From NCBI RefSeq assembly GCF_018977255.1, contig NW_024704742.1, forward strand, positions 79,052,001 to 79,116,000: DNA of 64,000 bases, in the 5' to 3' direction. The position numbers and the translations under genes were made by a program. This document shows positions 38,306 to 51,689 of this stretch, piece by piece. How positions within the stretch are numbered: position 1 is the stretch's first letter; every line of letters starts with the position of its first letter. Source of the DNA: Callorhinchus milii (taxonomy: Eukaryota). A model generated the notes under the pieces. The model saw only the letters and a program-made list of their open reading frames with translations, ran no database searches and was not told where the DNA came from.

Positions 38306-39289
38306 ACAGCAGTAATAAACTCATTTTTACATGGCATGACCTGAGCCCAAGTCTAAAATCTTTTGATTGACGATTTCGAGTTTTGATTGACGATTTCATT
38401 TATGTTCACAAAATTCAGCAAATAGCATACCCTCTCAATGCTGTCAATTTATGGGTCTATTATTAAAATCCAGCATTCAGAAGTTCAAAATCATGAATTT
38501 TGGCCTTATATCATATTGCCGATAATCTATCACTGTCTTTTTATCAATGGAATATTTCGCTGAACACCAGAAGCTATAAAGAACAGACATGACTGAGACT
38601 CGATTTATAATATTAACAGATCAGTGTGTTGCTATGACCCTATTTTATATTAGCTAGAGAACTGTAAATTTTTGCTGCCGGATTTAATTTCAAGAATATC
38701 AGATTTTTAAAAATATTTTTGACTGTTAGTTTTCCATTTGTTATTTAACTTGGGATAACAGCCAGAAATAAGGAATTAGGGGAAAAAAGATTAAGATAGT
38801 TCATAATTCCATCCTTCAGATATCATGCTCATAAGGTACACATAAGGCAGGTAGGAGGACAATAAGTATGCTTGAGAACAGCTTTATTTTAAAATAAAAT
38901 GTGCCACCTAAAGGAACCAGATTGAAGTAAGTAATAATATTTGATATAATGCCATTAACGTTGGAAGGATGTCTCAAAGCACTTCCCAGGAAGTGTAGTG
39001 ACTGTGTATTTTGCAGGCAAATGTATTCCAAGGCAAAGAATCCTAAGGGACTTATTTATTTAAATTGAGATAACACATCAATGCTACATGTGGATGCTCA
39101 AATTAAAAGGACTGATTCCATAATTATACAAATCAGAAGGGACAAGATTTATTTGATCCATTCTATTAAGTATTATGTTCTTACAGTTACAAAGAATCCC
39201 ACAGTAGTCCAAGTAACAGGAGTCTGGCAATGAGGTGGAAAATATAGGATTCTGTGGAACTGTGAAAGAATGTGATACTTAATAATAAT

Positions 39290-39610
39290 GCTATAATAAT
39301 CCTTACATTTAATATAGCCCTTTCACATCAGAAAAATGTTTCAAGGTACTTCAGAAGATCCATTGTAAAGTATAGTGACTGTGTATTTTATGGGCAAATG
39401 CGGCAGCCAATTTGTACACGGCAAGACCCACAAACAGTCATGAAGTGAATGATCAATTTTATTTGGGGATTCTTGGCCAGGGCACTGGGAGAAAACACCC
39501 TTCATTTTTGAATAGATTCCACAGGATCTTTAACGTACAACTAAACAGGCAGATGGGGCTTTGGTTTAAAGTCTCATTCATAGGACCTCTGATGATGCAG
39601 CACAACCCAG
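39290..39610 (-). mobile_element. Old Deu-type SINE, 5'-truncated
   Basis: Tail plus ttggccagggcactgggagaaa..ggatctttaacgt core. Confidence 0.65.
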
Positions 39611-39740
39611 TTCCAGGGAGTGATGGGCAGCTGATAGCTCGACCACCAACAATTGGGCAAATCTAGTTGGGGACATGGAGAAAGCCATTGTTAACTATAA
39701 CATGGCAAAAATAGATTTCCATTCAGGAATTCCAACAAAC

Positions 39741-40047
39741 AATAATAATAATAATCCATTGCATTTTGATTTGCCGCTTTTTACATCTTCAAGACGTCTC
39801 AAAGCGCTTCACAGAATATACTGTAAAGTGAACTGACTGTATTGTTGTGGGCAAAATGCGGCAGTCAATTACACAGAGCAGTTTCCCACAAACAGTCATT
39901 GATTGAAGTAACCAATTTATTATTTTTTTTAATCAGGCGTGTGGAGTAAGGAAACTTACCCAAGGTTTCACCCTGCCGGGAATCGAACCCAGGTCTCTCT
40001 CTCGCTTGCGAAGGGAGTGCTCTAACCACTGAGCTACAGGACTCCAC
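39741..40047 (-). mobile_element. tRNA-Ala SINE, short form
   Basis: Intact B-box GGTTCGATTCC on the minus strand; full head and tail. Confidence 0.9.
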
Positions 40048-41296
40048 AAACTGTCTTTGTAGTGCCATACAGCTTTAAGTCATAGATATCAACAAAAAAA
40101 CTTGCACAGTTTACACTGACCATTCCATGATTGCTGAGTCTGTATCACTCCCGGGATCTAAATCGACAAAAAATGTTTTCCACCAACCGCACCAATGAGT
40201 CAAGGTTCAAAATTCTTTGCTTCTCATCACAGAAGTTATAATAGAGCAATTAATCACATGATATTCCTGGTCTGACAGATTTTCTCCTCCTGACTACATT
40301 TATATCTCATCTGTCTAGCACTCTCAATGCTGCGTCCACTAGCTGTCACGATCACCCGAGTAATTCACATTGCTATCAATTACTAAGCTCAACCAGCATT
40401 ATGCATCTTCTCAAAAATGATAATCCAACCGGAGAAATCAATGCGTGTGAGGCTGTATAAACAATAATAGGAAAAATTGCCAGGGTGGCTGGCCTGTCAT
40501 GTTCTTAAGTACATCTGTTATCTTCCACTGAAAAAAGAGTCAAGAATGTGTCTTCTTGGAGCGAAACCTTTCTGACACTTGTTTTGCTTTATTCCTGGCA
40601 ATGGTTCAGACAGCCTGACCTCAATGGATTTGGTGAATAGGAAATAGCTAGAAAACAAGCGCTATATATATACATATATATCATATATTATATATATGAG
40701 GGGTGCTATATAATTGCAAGTTATTTCTGTTGAAATGCTACAATACTCCAATTAAACAGGGAAGGAAGATTCTGAAACTCTTTGTGTTTTACCACAGAAA
40801 ACGGAAGCTTGTTCTCTGTGACCAGATGGTTTGCAGAACTGACTGTTGCCTCTTAACAGTGACATTCAGCTTCTGTTACTCTGATCCTGGCCAACAAATC
40901 CCCAAATCCCCACCACCCCCACCCCCCCACCCCCCCACCCCCGATAAAATTAGTCATTGAATTCATGGTTGTTTGTGGGATATGGCAGTGTACAAATTGT
41001 CTGCTATGTATCCAGTACAAAATATCAAGTCACATTACATCCTATTGTTTCAACAAAGTGATAAGGTGCTAAACCAGATGCAAGGCAGATTCATGTCAAA
41101 GTAATTTGTAATCATTGCATCACCTGGATTGGCATATATTGAAAAGTTTTTTGTGTGTGCATCAACAATAATTTAGAATTAGTGATCAAGCCTCGAATAA
41201 ATGCACAAAATAATCCTTGCAATAAACTTTGCATTTGATATACAGCAGCACCTTTCATATTTTAAGGATATCCCAAAGTGCTTCACAGGATATACT

Positions 41297-42172
41297 GTCA
41301 TCAATTCCTGGATGAGAGTCAACTTCCTCCAGCTCAATGTTAACAAGTCAGAGGCCTCCTGCTTGGCTCCCACCAGTGCCTTTTCATCTCAGCCACTGAA
41401 ACTATCGCCATTCATGGCTGCATTCCATCTCACTGAGCCAATCGAAACCTCAGTGTCCTATTTGACCCTCGGCCATTCTTCAAACCCCACATGCATGTCG
41501 TGATCCATTCTGCCCTTCCATTCCTTCACAACATTGCCCACCTCGCCACTGCCTTTCACCGCGGGCCGCCAACACCCTGATCCACGCTTTCATTACGTCC
41601 CGACTTGACCATGCCAACTGCCTGCTCACTGGATTCCTCCACAAGCTGCAGATTATTCAGAACTTTGCAGCTCATGTCCTCTCCCGCACCAGAAACTTAG
41701 CACTCTTGTTCTTGCCCGGCTTCATTGGCTTCCCATCCCTCAGAGAATCAAATACAAAATCCTTGTTCTTACCTATAAGGCCCTCCACAGTCTTGTACCC
41801 CCCTACCTCTCCAAACTCATAACCCCATATCAGCCTGTCTGCTCCCTCTGCTTGGCGGACACCGGCCTGCATTAGGTCTCCCGCACTTCCCGACCCACTA
41901 TTGGCAGTCAGGCATTCAGCATCTCTGCTCCCACACTCTGGAACTCTATCCTGCAATCCCTCTGCCTCACCCCCTCTCTTGCCTCCTTCATGTCTCATCT
42001 GAAGAACTTCTTCGACCGTGCCTTCAGCCAACCTCCCACCCCCCAAAGCCCCTGCCCTTCTTCCCTTCTGACCCCAATTCCCAGCTCGGGTCCAAAACCA
42101 CTGATTGTCCAATGCCCTAGGTCATCCTCCCGACATGAAAGGCGCTATACGTATATAATTTGTTGTTGTTGT
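41297..42172 (+). mobile_element. L2 3' fragment
   Basis: SWMRVNFLQLNVNKSE, downstream L2 motifs, (TTG)n tail. Confidence 0.88.
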
Positions 42173-42819
42173 TTAAGAATGGACTACAGTTCCATTTACC
42201 ATTATTATGCAGTGTTGAATATTCCATTGTGAGCCTGTAAGTGATATAGACTCAAAGATAAAGCCGAGCTTGCTGGCCTCTTGCCAGTATGATATGGATA
42301 CAATAAAAGGAAATGTCTATGGAGTTTCTCGTAGCTCTGATAAATGATAACAATAATCCTTACATTTGGTAGCACCTTTCGTGTTGGGAGGATGTCTCAA
42401 AGCGCTTCAGAGAATATTCTGTAAAACGTGGTGACTGCACATTTTGAGGTGAATGTAGAGGCCAATTTGTACACAGCAATGACCCACAAATCGTGATAAT
42501 GTGAATGATAAATTTTAGTAAGGAACTGATGGCCAGGGCACAGGGAGAAACTGCCTTCTCTTCTGTTCACCCATTTACAATGTGAAAAGCAGTGTTGAAA
42601 GATATTTTTTCTGCTTCTCCTGAAGTTGATAATTTGTGCTACAGCCTTTTGATATGTTCCCAAATGACCATGCTTCATATGCAAATAGCTGAAATCAGTT
42701 GCCTGTTTCGCTGGAAGCAGTTTTACAGCCAAGTCTAATCTTACCATCACACAGCGTCCACCTAAACATATTTTCCAGCATGTATTAATTGATTAGTGGT
42801 AAGATGGCTCATTATCCGC

Positions 42820-42955
42820 CTCCCTTTATAGAGATATTGAGGCCAACTAGTGTCTCCATTCCTGTTCTGGCTGGGATCAGCTACTTTGGTATTGACCAAA
42901 GTTTGAACCTGGGACCTTCCTAGTATTTTGTGCCTAATATCGTACCACACACACA
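42820..42955 (-). mobile_element. Old tRNA-headed SINE 5' fragment, head related to 36560-36705
   Basis: Minus strand GTACGATA..AGGAAGGTCCCAGGTTCAAAC..AGCTGATCCCAGCCAG. Confidence 0.5.
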
Positions 42956-43045
42956 AAAAATCCTTACATTTGATATAGCGCTTTTCACATCAGGTGGATG
43001 TCTCAAAGTGCTTCATGGGAGATTAATATGTCACAAACTCTGACT

Positions 43046-43135
43046 ATATTTACTCATGTTACTCTGTCTATATTTATTCATGCTACTCTGGTCTACATTT
43101 ACTCATATAACGTTATTTAGTCATGTTACTCTGGA
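43046..43135. repeat. Short tandem repeat, ~24-bp unit, 3-4 copies
   Basis: Variants of TATATTTACTCATGTTACTCTG. Confidence 0.75.
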
Positions 43136-43811
43136 TTCTTTGTCTCAAGATGTACCTCTTTGTCCGCACTTTCGGTCATCATTCTCCTCCGCACCCTCTT
43201 CGGATCTCGCCCCCCAACTCACGTGCCCTGACAGCAGCATCAAGTACTTTGAGATGTCCACCTGATGTGAAAGGCCCAATATAAATGTGTATTGTATTGT
43301 TGAATGTTTTGTTGCTCCACTCTCTTTGTAAAAAGGATTTAAAAGTTCTCAATCCCATTCCATTCCATAATCATTTTCCAAGTAATGATCTCACAGGATA
43401 AAGATCTGCTGGTTCAAATGAAACTCCATCTTTCACATTTTATAAACCCGGTTTATAACATTCATTCATTCAGAACAGGATTCGTAGAATCAATGTTCTT
43501 TAATTCTTATTATTGGTTCACAAAGATTACTATTCTTTTTCATTCAAACTTACATTGTAAATGCTTTAGTCTTCGTTCTAAAGGAACAGTAAATGCATTC
43601 TGCATAAAAGAAACAATATAAAATGACGCTGCACATATCATTGTTTCCAGATGTGAGTGTTCGGTAACACTCACTATCCATAAAGATATGTTTCTTGTTG
43701 TACAATAAGCTAATTGGTCAGCTCAGCAAGTACGATACTAGTGGAGCGATGGAGTATAAATCAAAAGAGGTTATTCTGTTATCTGTTTTATGTCAGTCAC
43801 TGTAAAGATGT

Positions 43812-44983
43812 AATAATAATAATCCTTGCATTTGTTATAGCACCTTATCCCATCTTTGAGGTGTCCCAAAACGCTTTACATACTGTAAAGAATATACTGT
43901 AAAGTGAATTTACTGTATTTTGCAGGTAGCCAAATGCACACAGCAGTGTCCCACAAACAGTTATGGATTGAGTGACCAATTAATCACTTTTTTTTAAAGA
44001 ATTATTGCTCCCAGAAAAGCAATCCGCCAATTGACTAAAAACCGGATTCCTACTTACTACTAGTTAAACAACAACAACACAACAACAACAAGATTCCATT
44101 TATAAAGCGCCTTTCACGTCAGGAGGACGTCCCAAGGCGCTGCACAGTTGGGTCATGACCCGAGCAGGGGGGAAATGGTCAGGGTGAGGGAGGGAAGGGA
44201 GGGAGAGAGGAGGGGGGAAATGGTCAGGGTAAGGGGAGGGAAGGGAGGGGGCGAGGAGGGGGAAGAGAGTCGAGAGGGGAGCTGAAGGCACGGTCAAAGA
44301 GAAAGGTTTTGAGACCGGCCTTGAAGGAGGAGAGGGAGGAAGCGGCGAAGGCACTGGGGGATGGAGTTCCAGAGCCTGGGGGCTGAGAGGCTGAAGGCCC
44401 GACCACTGATAGTAGGGCGGTTGGGAGGGGGGACGTGGAGCAGACCGGAGCCAGAGGAACGGAGGGTACGGGCAGGTAGGTAGGGGGATAGAAGGTTGGA
44501 GAGGTAGGAGGGAGCGAGGCCGTGAATGGCCTTGTAGGTGAGGGTGAGGATCTTGAAATCAATCCTCTGGGGGATGGGGAGCCAGTGGAGGCGAGCGAGG
44601 GTGGGAGTGATGTGGTCCCGAAGCCTGGTGCGGGACAGTACACGAGCTGCAGAGTTCTGAATGACCTGCAGCTTGTGGAGGAGGTGGCGGGAAGGCCGGC
44701 GAGGAGAGAGTTCCCATAGTCCAGCCTTGAGGTGACAAAGGCGTGAACCAGGTTTCAGCAGCGTGAGGGGTGAGGTAATGCCGTAGTCTGGCGATGTTCC
44801 GGAGGTGATGGAAGGCGGTGCCAGTTGTGGTGCGGATGTGAGGGAGAAAGGACAGCTCAGGGTCGAACAAAACGCCGAGGCGTGTGGAGTAAGGAAACTT
44901 GCCAAATATTTCACCCTGCCGGGAAGCAAACCCAGTTTTTCGTTTGCGAGGCGAGTGCTCTAACCACTGAGCTGCAGGACTCC
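43812..44983 (-). mobile_element. Intermediate SINE split by a young L2
   Basis: SINE 43812-44070 resumes at ~44876 (gaggcgtgtggagtaagg..ggactcc). Confidence 0.85.
44068..44869 (-). mobile_element. Young L2 3' fragment (same subfamily as 8992-10177)
   Basis: Near-identical to ~8992-9840; two copies of the 45-bp UTR unit. Confidence 0.95.
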
Positions 44984-45094
44984 AAAAAAATAATATTTAA
45001 ATTGCTGTTTAATGATCAGTGTACATTGGATATAACTCATCGTTGAGCCATCCCAAAGCACTTCACAGGAATTACTGTAAAGTGTAGTTTGTGG

Positions 45095-45625
45095 GTGAAT
45101 TGTTACTTCATAAGGCTCAGAATCCACCTGGCGTATTGTATATATTTCTGGTCACATTATAACAAGGATGTTGCTGCCTTTCAGAGGGTTCACTATCGAG
45201 CAAGACATTCCCAAGTCCTTATCACTTTAAGTTTGGAGAAAAGGTTAGGGAAATCAGTTTCTACTACCTTTGGGGAGAAAAAAGGAGTTTTAGATTTTGA
45301 AGATTATGAAAGAAATTGACAAGGTCAATCCAAGAAAATGGTCCATTGTGACGAAGGATTTATCGACCAAGGGATGCAAGTTATGAATTAGAATGTTAAG
45401 AGTTATACAAGAAGTCAAGCAATACATTGTTACACAACGGGTAATTGACTTGTGGAATAAATTTCCAGGGAACATTGAACTGCACATTATAAGTGGATTC
45501 AAGAGACAACAGAATGGATTTTTAGAGATTGAGTGGAATGATGGAAATGGTGAGAAGGCAATGAGGTTGAGTCAAATCCAGCAGGCTTGCTGGGTCTAAT
45601 TTTGGCCCTAAGAATTCTTATTTTG
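45095..45625 (+). mobile_element. Old CR1 3' fragment
   Basis: HLAYCIYFWSHYNKDV..QRV, SLEKRL, TQRVIDLWN motifs. Confidence 0.75.
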
Positions 45626-45692
45626 ACTGGCATAAATTATCCTCAAATTCAGTTCAGTTAAAGAATTGGAAGAAAAAGAAAACTGTGCCAGA

Positions 45693-46080
45693 TCTGTAGC
45701 TCAGTGATTAGATCACTTGCCTCGCAAGTGAGAGGACCTGGGTTCCATTCCTAGCAGAGTGAAACGTTGGGCAGGTTACCTTACTCCACACGCCTGTTTA
45801 CCTATCAGTAAATAGGAACTCGTTATTAGTCAATTGGTGGATCATTTTTCTAGGGGTAATAATCCCTTCAAAAAAATAAATTAAATAATAATAATAATTT
45901 GGTCACTCAATCTACGACCGCTTTTGGAATACCGCTGTAAGTAATTGGCTGCTGCGTGTCGACCACAAAATATAGAGTCAATATACTTTACAGTATATTC
46001 TGTGAAGCGCTTTCAAACATCTCGAAGACGTGAAAAGTCGTTATATCAAAAGCAAGGATTATTATTATTATTATTATTAT
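45693..46080 (+). mobile_element. Intermediate tRNA-Ala SINE
   Basis: Head, long block, (ATT)n tail. Confidence 0.88.
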
Positions 46081-47004
46081 CATTTTGAAGTATTTACCTG
46101 AACTGTCACCATAGGAATTTCAGATATATTCCTGTCAGGTGCATGATGTGGATGTAGTTGATGTACGTTGTAGAGGTAAGGTAGGACAAGGGCTTGAACG
46201 CATTTGAAAAAACAATGAGGATCTTGAAATCAATCTGCCGGGGAATCTAGGGCCACTGGAGCCGGGCAAGGATAGGAATTATTGGGCTCACACATCAGAT
46301 TGAATTTATGAGGTGGCATGGAGGACATTAGAGAAATCTAATATCATGCTAATGTTATTGGAAGAGGTAATGGGTTACTTTTTATTGATACTAAGATTCC
46401 CACAAGCCGGCTGGCGGTTATGTCTACACTTTCAAGATTCACTGTTAATGACTTTGAGCATCTATTAGGTAATCCAGTTGCAAGACAAAGATTTATCAAC
46501 CTCGTCTTGATGCTTATTTTTTCGAAATTCTTTTTGTAACATTCCAATTTGGATTCAATCCAAAAATAAATTGAGGTCCCATGCCAAATATGAACTCATT
46601 CTGCTCACGACAAATCTTTAATCATTGTGTACATTATTGCATTCAATATTGGCAGAGGTCGCATACGAGCTAGTCAAAGTGCGATACACGAAAATGTAGA
46701 AGATTTAAAGCCAAACAATACTGATGAGAGCATGAAAGGGAACAAAGCTGTTTGCTCTGGAGAGAGAAAAAAACAAAGTCACGAAGAAGGAGACAAGCAA
46801 TGAGGCAGACAAACAATGCAAGTGAGGTATAAATGTTGTGAAATTATCTCATTGAAGAAGAACAAGATCATCTTTGGAATTATCAAGCACAGAACAGAGT
46901 TTTAAGGAAAGGGATAAGTCAAACTTCAATGACTGTTTGCCATAGCTGGTCACCACATTGCTGGACCCCCAGATCCATTACACAACGTTCAACATCAATG
47001 CTAC

Positions 47005-47500
47005 CAGCAACAAAGTGCATTTATATAGCACCCTTCACATGGGGTGCATTTTGGAATGCTGAGCAATGGAATAGTGTCATGCTTCATCAGGGGAGAATGG
47101 GAAGGTGACCATAGGCACGGTTGTAAAGAAAGGTTTTTTAGGTGCGATCTGAAAATCAGTAAAAAGGAGGCAAGGCAGAGGGATTGAGGCAGAGAATTCC
47201 TGAGGTTCGAGGCATAGTGACTAATGACACAGCCACCAATGGTAGAGTGGAGGAATGGCCGAGCCAGCCGAGTGAAGGAGGAATGCAGAGGAAGTGAGAT
47301 GTGAGCTGGTTGGAGAAGTAGGGAGGTTCTATGGCATGATGTGTAGGTGTCAGAGTCTTGGAATGTCCTCCTGATGTGAAAAGCGCTTTTACAAATCTAA
47401 TTTCTTGTTGTTGTTGAGTATGAGAATCTTGAAATCAATTTATTCTGTGATAAGGAGCCAATGGAGCCTGGCAAAGACTGGGGTGAAGAGGATGCAAAGC
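47005..47500 (-). mobile_element. Old L2 3' remnant, with a short plus-strand L2 tail inserted at ~47345-47416
   Basis: gagaatcttgaaatcaat..ggagccaatggag (LHWLP antisense); plus-strand ..gtcctcctgatgtgaaaagcgc..ttgttgttg. Confidence 0.6.
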
Positions 47501-49369
47501 AAAGTTTGGTATGGTGAGGATATGGGTGTTGGAGCTCTGAATCAATTGCATGAATATCAGAAATTGGGGTGGTGCGGTGGGACTGTGAAGCCATTTTTGC
47601 AGAGGGTACAGCTTTTCCGAGCCACAAACAGAGCAACAATCTCTCACTTCAAATCATTAAGTGTTTAATTAAGTCCACACAAGCATTTTGCTCAACTGTA
47701 GCATTTGCTTCCATTCATATAGATGTAGAATGTAAAAGTCTTTTAGGAAAATAATCAATCAATCTTAATTTGACAGGACAGTATAAGTACAGTGCTTGTC
47801 ACAGTCCATTGAATGAAAGCAATTTCTCGGAAAATGCGGAAAAACTGGCCAGGGAGGGAAGGCCCTCACAGCCTCCGAACATCATCTCAACTATTGTAAA
47901 CCATAGTTTGACAAAGAGAGATATAAAGTCAAGCATATCACTCAAAAACCTAGCTGGGAATCCATGTATCCTCCAGTCAAAGCACACTCAATGGCTCACA
48001 CAAAATCTTATGTTCATTTAGGAAATACTGAAAAGATATAAAACATGCTGAGCTCTGGAAAGTTTTAGTAACTATGATAACAGGGTCACAGGTGGGTGTC
48101 TGTTGGTGCACACGCACGCATATACACACACACACACACACACATGCATACACATAACAGTTTGCTTTAATACCAACATTTGTTTGAGCGAAGGGAACAT
48201 GGGACCCTACTGATTTATTTATTCTGCAAATATTTGCACATTTTCCCAAGTAAGGACCTACAAATGATTAATTGATAAGAAATTAAGCAACCCCTTAGTA
48301 TGTAAGATCTGACTACTTACAGATTTTCAAACAGTTAAATAATATTTTCTCAAGGATTATGAAATACAGACTTTCATAATGAATGATAGATGCATTTTAT
48401 ACACACAGCAAACAAAGAGGTAAATACAGAAATAATTAGAGGTTGCACTTTGTTGATTTTAATGCTTTATGATCCAGACAGAATAGAAATATCCTGGTTA
48501 TTCAGCAGCTTTCTGGCTTTCCTTTCAAGGTATTGCTGGGTTAATTGTTTCTGTATAATAAAGCAATCCCTGCTGAAATGGGACCATTGAGGATTAAAGT
48601 GCACACAAGCTTAGTGTTGCAATGGACTTCAGGTGAGATACCAAGTATGCCTATGAATGAGTGGAATAGATAATCAGAAAGGATTGTTGAATCCAGGACA
48701 CTGACTCAATTTTAACATAAAGCTTGCCACTATGAAGGGAAAACAATAGAGTGAATATTCAGGAAGTATGAGATCACATGGGCCAAAGGGGTTTCTCCAT
48801 CTCTTACTATTTTGTGAACTTCTGCAAAATTCTCTCCCAATCATAAAGGTAATCAAACGAAAATACCTTGAAAATATTTGCTTGGTTTGGTAAGCAGCTA
48901 TGGTCAAAGATCCTGTACTCAGCAACAAGGTTAATTTATCTAGTTAAAGCAATATTGGGTTTCTCCCTCATCTGACTTCATACTTTCTACCTTCTAACCT
49001 AACTCAACACAATCCTTTATCAAAGTGACACCGCATGAATTGGTACTAGGGTGTAATGAGCCTGGAATAATCGGGACCAGTGAATACAGTGAACAACGTA
49101 TTTACATCATCTTATTTCTAATCGAGAGAATAGGATTTGATTACGACTTGTGTGAGGTCAGAAAAGCATCCTTACAATAACAAAGATCTTCAACAAGCCA
49201 TTAGATTGCACATAGTGTAGGTGCTTTCCTTAACTAATTTTCAGTCCTTTGCATTTAACAAGATCACAAGTAGGCCCATTGGATCTCATCTTTTCAGAAT
49301 TTACACACTACTGTCTTCTTGTCACAGCCTTCCATGAGGGTGGTGTGGCAGGGAATCATCCCACTCAGT

Positions 49370-49485
49370 TTTTGTTAGCCCTGCAAACCAAAGCCCTATT
49401 GGGCTGACTGGTCCCACCTGGACAAGCAGTGGGAAAGCTTACCAGACAGTGTTATCAATGGCAAGCTATGCAGTTTAACTGTAGT
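49370..49485 (+). mobile_element. Internal fragment of the A-tailed SINE-like family
   Basis: CTGGACAAGCAGTGGGAAAGCTTACCAGACAGTGTTATCAATGGCAAGCTATG matches the reverse complement of 36315-36368. Confidence 0.7.
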
Positions 49486-50262
49486 TAAGAATGTGACAAA
49501 TTTTGGATGTTCTGAAATGCTGCATTAATAGAGTAAATCTAAACCAGGTGGAATTTCTACTGAATAGTCGTTTCATTATTTCATTTATAATTTAATTGTT
49601 TCACCATGAAAGCCATGAATGCACTTTTCCATTCTTTTAATTCTTTATTTCAGTCAAAACAAACAATACTTGGTATTCAGCAATAACTGGGGACTCTATG
49701 TTGAAACTATCCATTATTCTATTGTATGCTGTGTGCACAGTTACATATTAAAAGTAAAATATTGTGTTAATATACCAAGCGGCATTACCTTAACATAAAT
49801 TATCAATAAGATCAGGCCCAGTATAGTGTACTTTGTTTCTTCGAAAACTCCTTTAGGGACTGAGTTTAAAATTTTTCTATTCTGTCAAATTAAATTGTGT
49901 ACCTGAACCACTGGGGTTCACTTTGCTGTTCCATAGTATACAATAAATCCCAGGTCTAATATAAAAATGCTCTACTGACTGATGTCTATTGAGCCTTGCT
50001 GTAACCTGTAACTACTCTTGCACATCATTACCTTTGGTCAGTAGAGATACTCGAGCTAATAGCAAAGGTCTCATTGAAAGGTGTTTTATCATGGGCATTG
50101 TTTTTAACCCTAGCTGTTACGTCAGTAAAATTTGACTCTTTGATCATATGTAGAGTTATTAGTGGATTATAATAAAGCAAATTGGAATCAGGAGTTGACA
50201 AACTTCACTTTGTGGGGAAGAAACAGATTTAATAATATCGGGCTGCCACACCACCAGAAAAT

Positions 50263-50590
50263 GTGGAGTCCTGTAGCTCAGTGGTTAGAGCACTCGCTTT
50301 GCAAGTGAGAGACCTGAGATCAATTCCAGGCAGAGCGAAACCTTGGGCAAGTTTCCTTACTCCACACGCCTAATAATAATCCCTCCAAAAAACCAAAAAC
50401 AATAATTAAATTGGTCATTTTCAATCTACGACTGTTTGTGGGACATTGCTGTGCGCAATTGGCTGCCGCGTTCACCCACAAATATACAGTCAATTCACTT
50501 TACAGTGTGTTCTGTGAAGCGCTTTGGGACGTCCTCCCGACGTGAAAAGCGCTATATCAAATGCAAGGATTATTATTATTATTATTATTA
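50263..50590 (+). mobile_element. Young tRNA-Ala SINE, full-length reference copy
   Basis: TGTAGCTCAGTGGTTAGAGC..CTTTGCAAG (tRNA-Ala TGC-like head), Deu-like 3' block, L2-type hairpin, (ATT)n tail. Confidence 0.95.
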
Positions 50591-51689
50591 AAACCTTCAG
50601 TCACAGAAGAGATTTCTCAGAATCTCCAAAAGAATTATTACTTCCATTATTGACATACTTCACCTTCCTTCCTTAAATCAAATATAATATGCAGAGATGT
50701 CTGAATTTATTGCTACATTACACTGTTGCGTATTTTGTATGATTGTCCTTGTAATGGTTACTGAATATAATAATAATAATCCTTGCATTTGATATAGCGC
50801 GTTATCACATTGTTGAGATGTCGCAAAGCACTTCACAGAATATATTGTAAAGTGGATCGATTTTGTGGACGAAATGCTTTATTTTGTGGGTTGAAATAAA
50901 TTAGTATTGGTGTGATGTAGATAATCATTTCACACTGACTAAATATCTGACTATTTTAGGGGTATTGATACCTTTGTTTTGTTTGACAATTTATCTCCCT
51001 TTTGTTCAGGTCTTTTTGGGCCACACAATAACTACAGCTTGAAAGTTGAATAGGTGACCAGTTCCAAACCACTTTGTCAATACTAAGCTTGAGGCGGCTG
51101 GTAGAAAATACATGAACGAGCCCTCATTGACAATTCGCCCTCTGTCTCTTCACCACTCCTGGGGAAACACCAGAAGTCGAAACATTTTCTAATGAAAACC
51201 ATGGTATTAAAATGTAAGATTGTTTGGAATTGTGGTCCTGTATCATGTAACAGAGAAATGTAATATTTGGAATTGAGGAAAAGTTTTAAATTCAGTCTTA
51301 ATTTGAAAACTTATTTTTAAAACTAGTAAACTGATTATTGGACATTTCTAAAATTCCATACAATCTTACATTTTAAGGCTAGTGTTTTAAGGCTAAAACA
51401 CTGACATAGTGTAACAAAATTTGCAAAAGACATCTGTAAAAGTACTGCATGGACATGGGTTCAAATTGACCAAAGGAAAGGAAACAAAGGATTAAGCAGC
51501 TCACTAAACCTAATATTTGGATTTAGACCAACATCAAGGTGGCTGGCAAGTCAGAAGCTGTCCTGTGAATGTCTTCCCATCACATTGAAGGTCCATTCAA
51601 CAGTTGATCAAGTTAGTTCCTCATATATATTAAAGATCTGGATTCACAAACTCAGTCTATTGTAGTTCAATATGTAGATTACAACAATT

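Noticed and set aside
42746..42762. 17-nt minus-strand microexon (TTTAG..GTAAGA)
   Set aside because: No polypyrimidine tract, not a multiple of three, expected by chance
46722..46740. Hammerhead core CTGATGA..GAAA (other CTGATGA hits at ~36450, 52722, 61371)
   Set aside because: No stem II or stem I pairing, or no GAAA at the right spacing
50263..50340. tRNA-Ala gene (and similar heads elsewhere)
   Set aside because: Acceptor stem does not pair cleanly, there is no Pol III terminator after the tRNA part, and it continues into a multi-copy SINE body
51381..51402. 9-bp perfect hairpin as a terminator or MITE
   Set aside because: Too short, AT-rich, no TSD; compatible with chance or a local repair event
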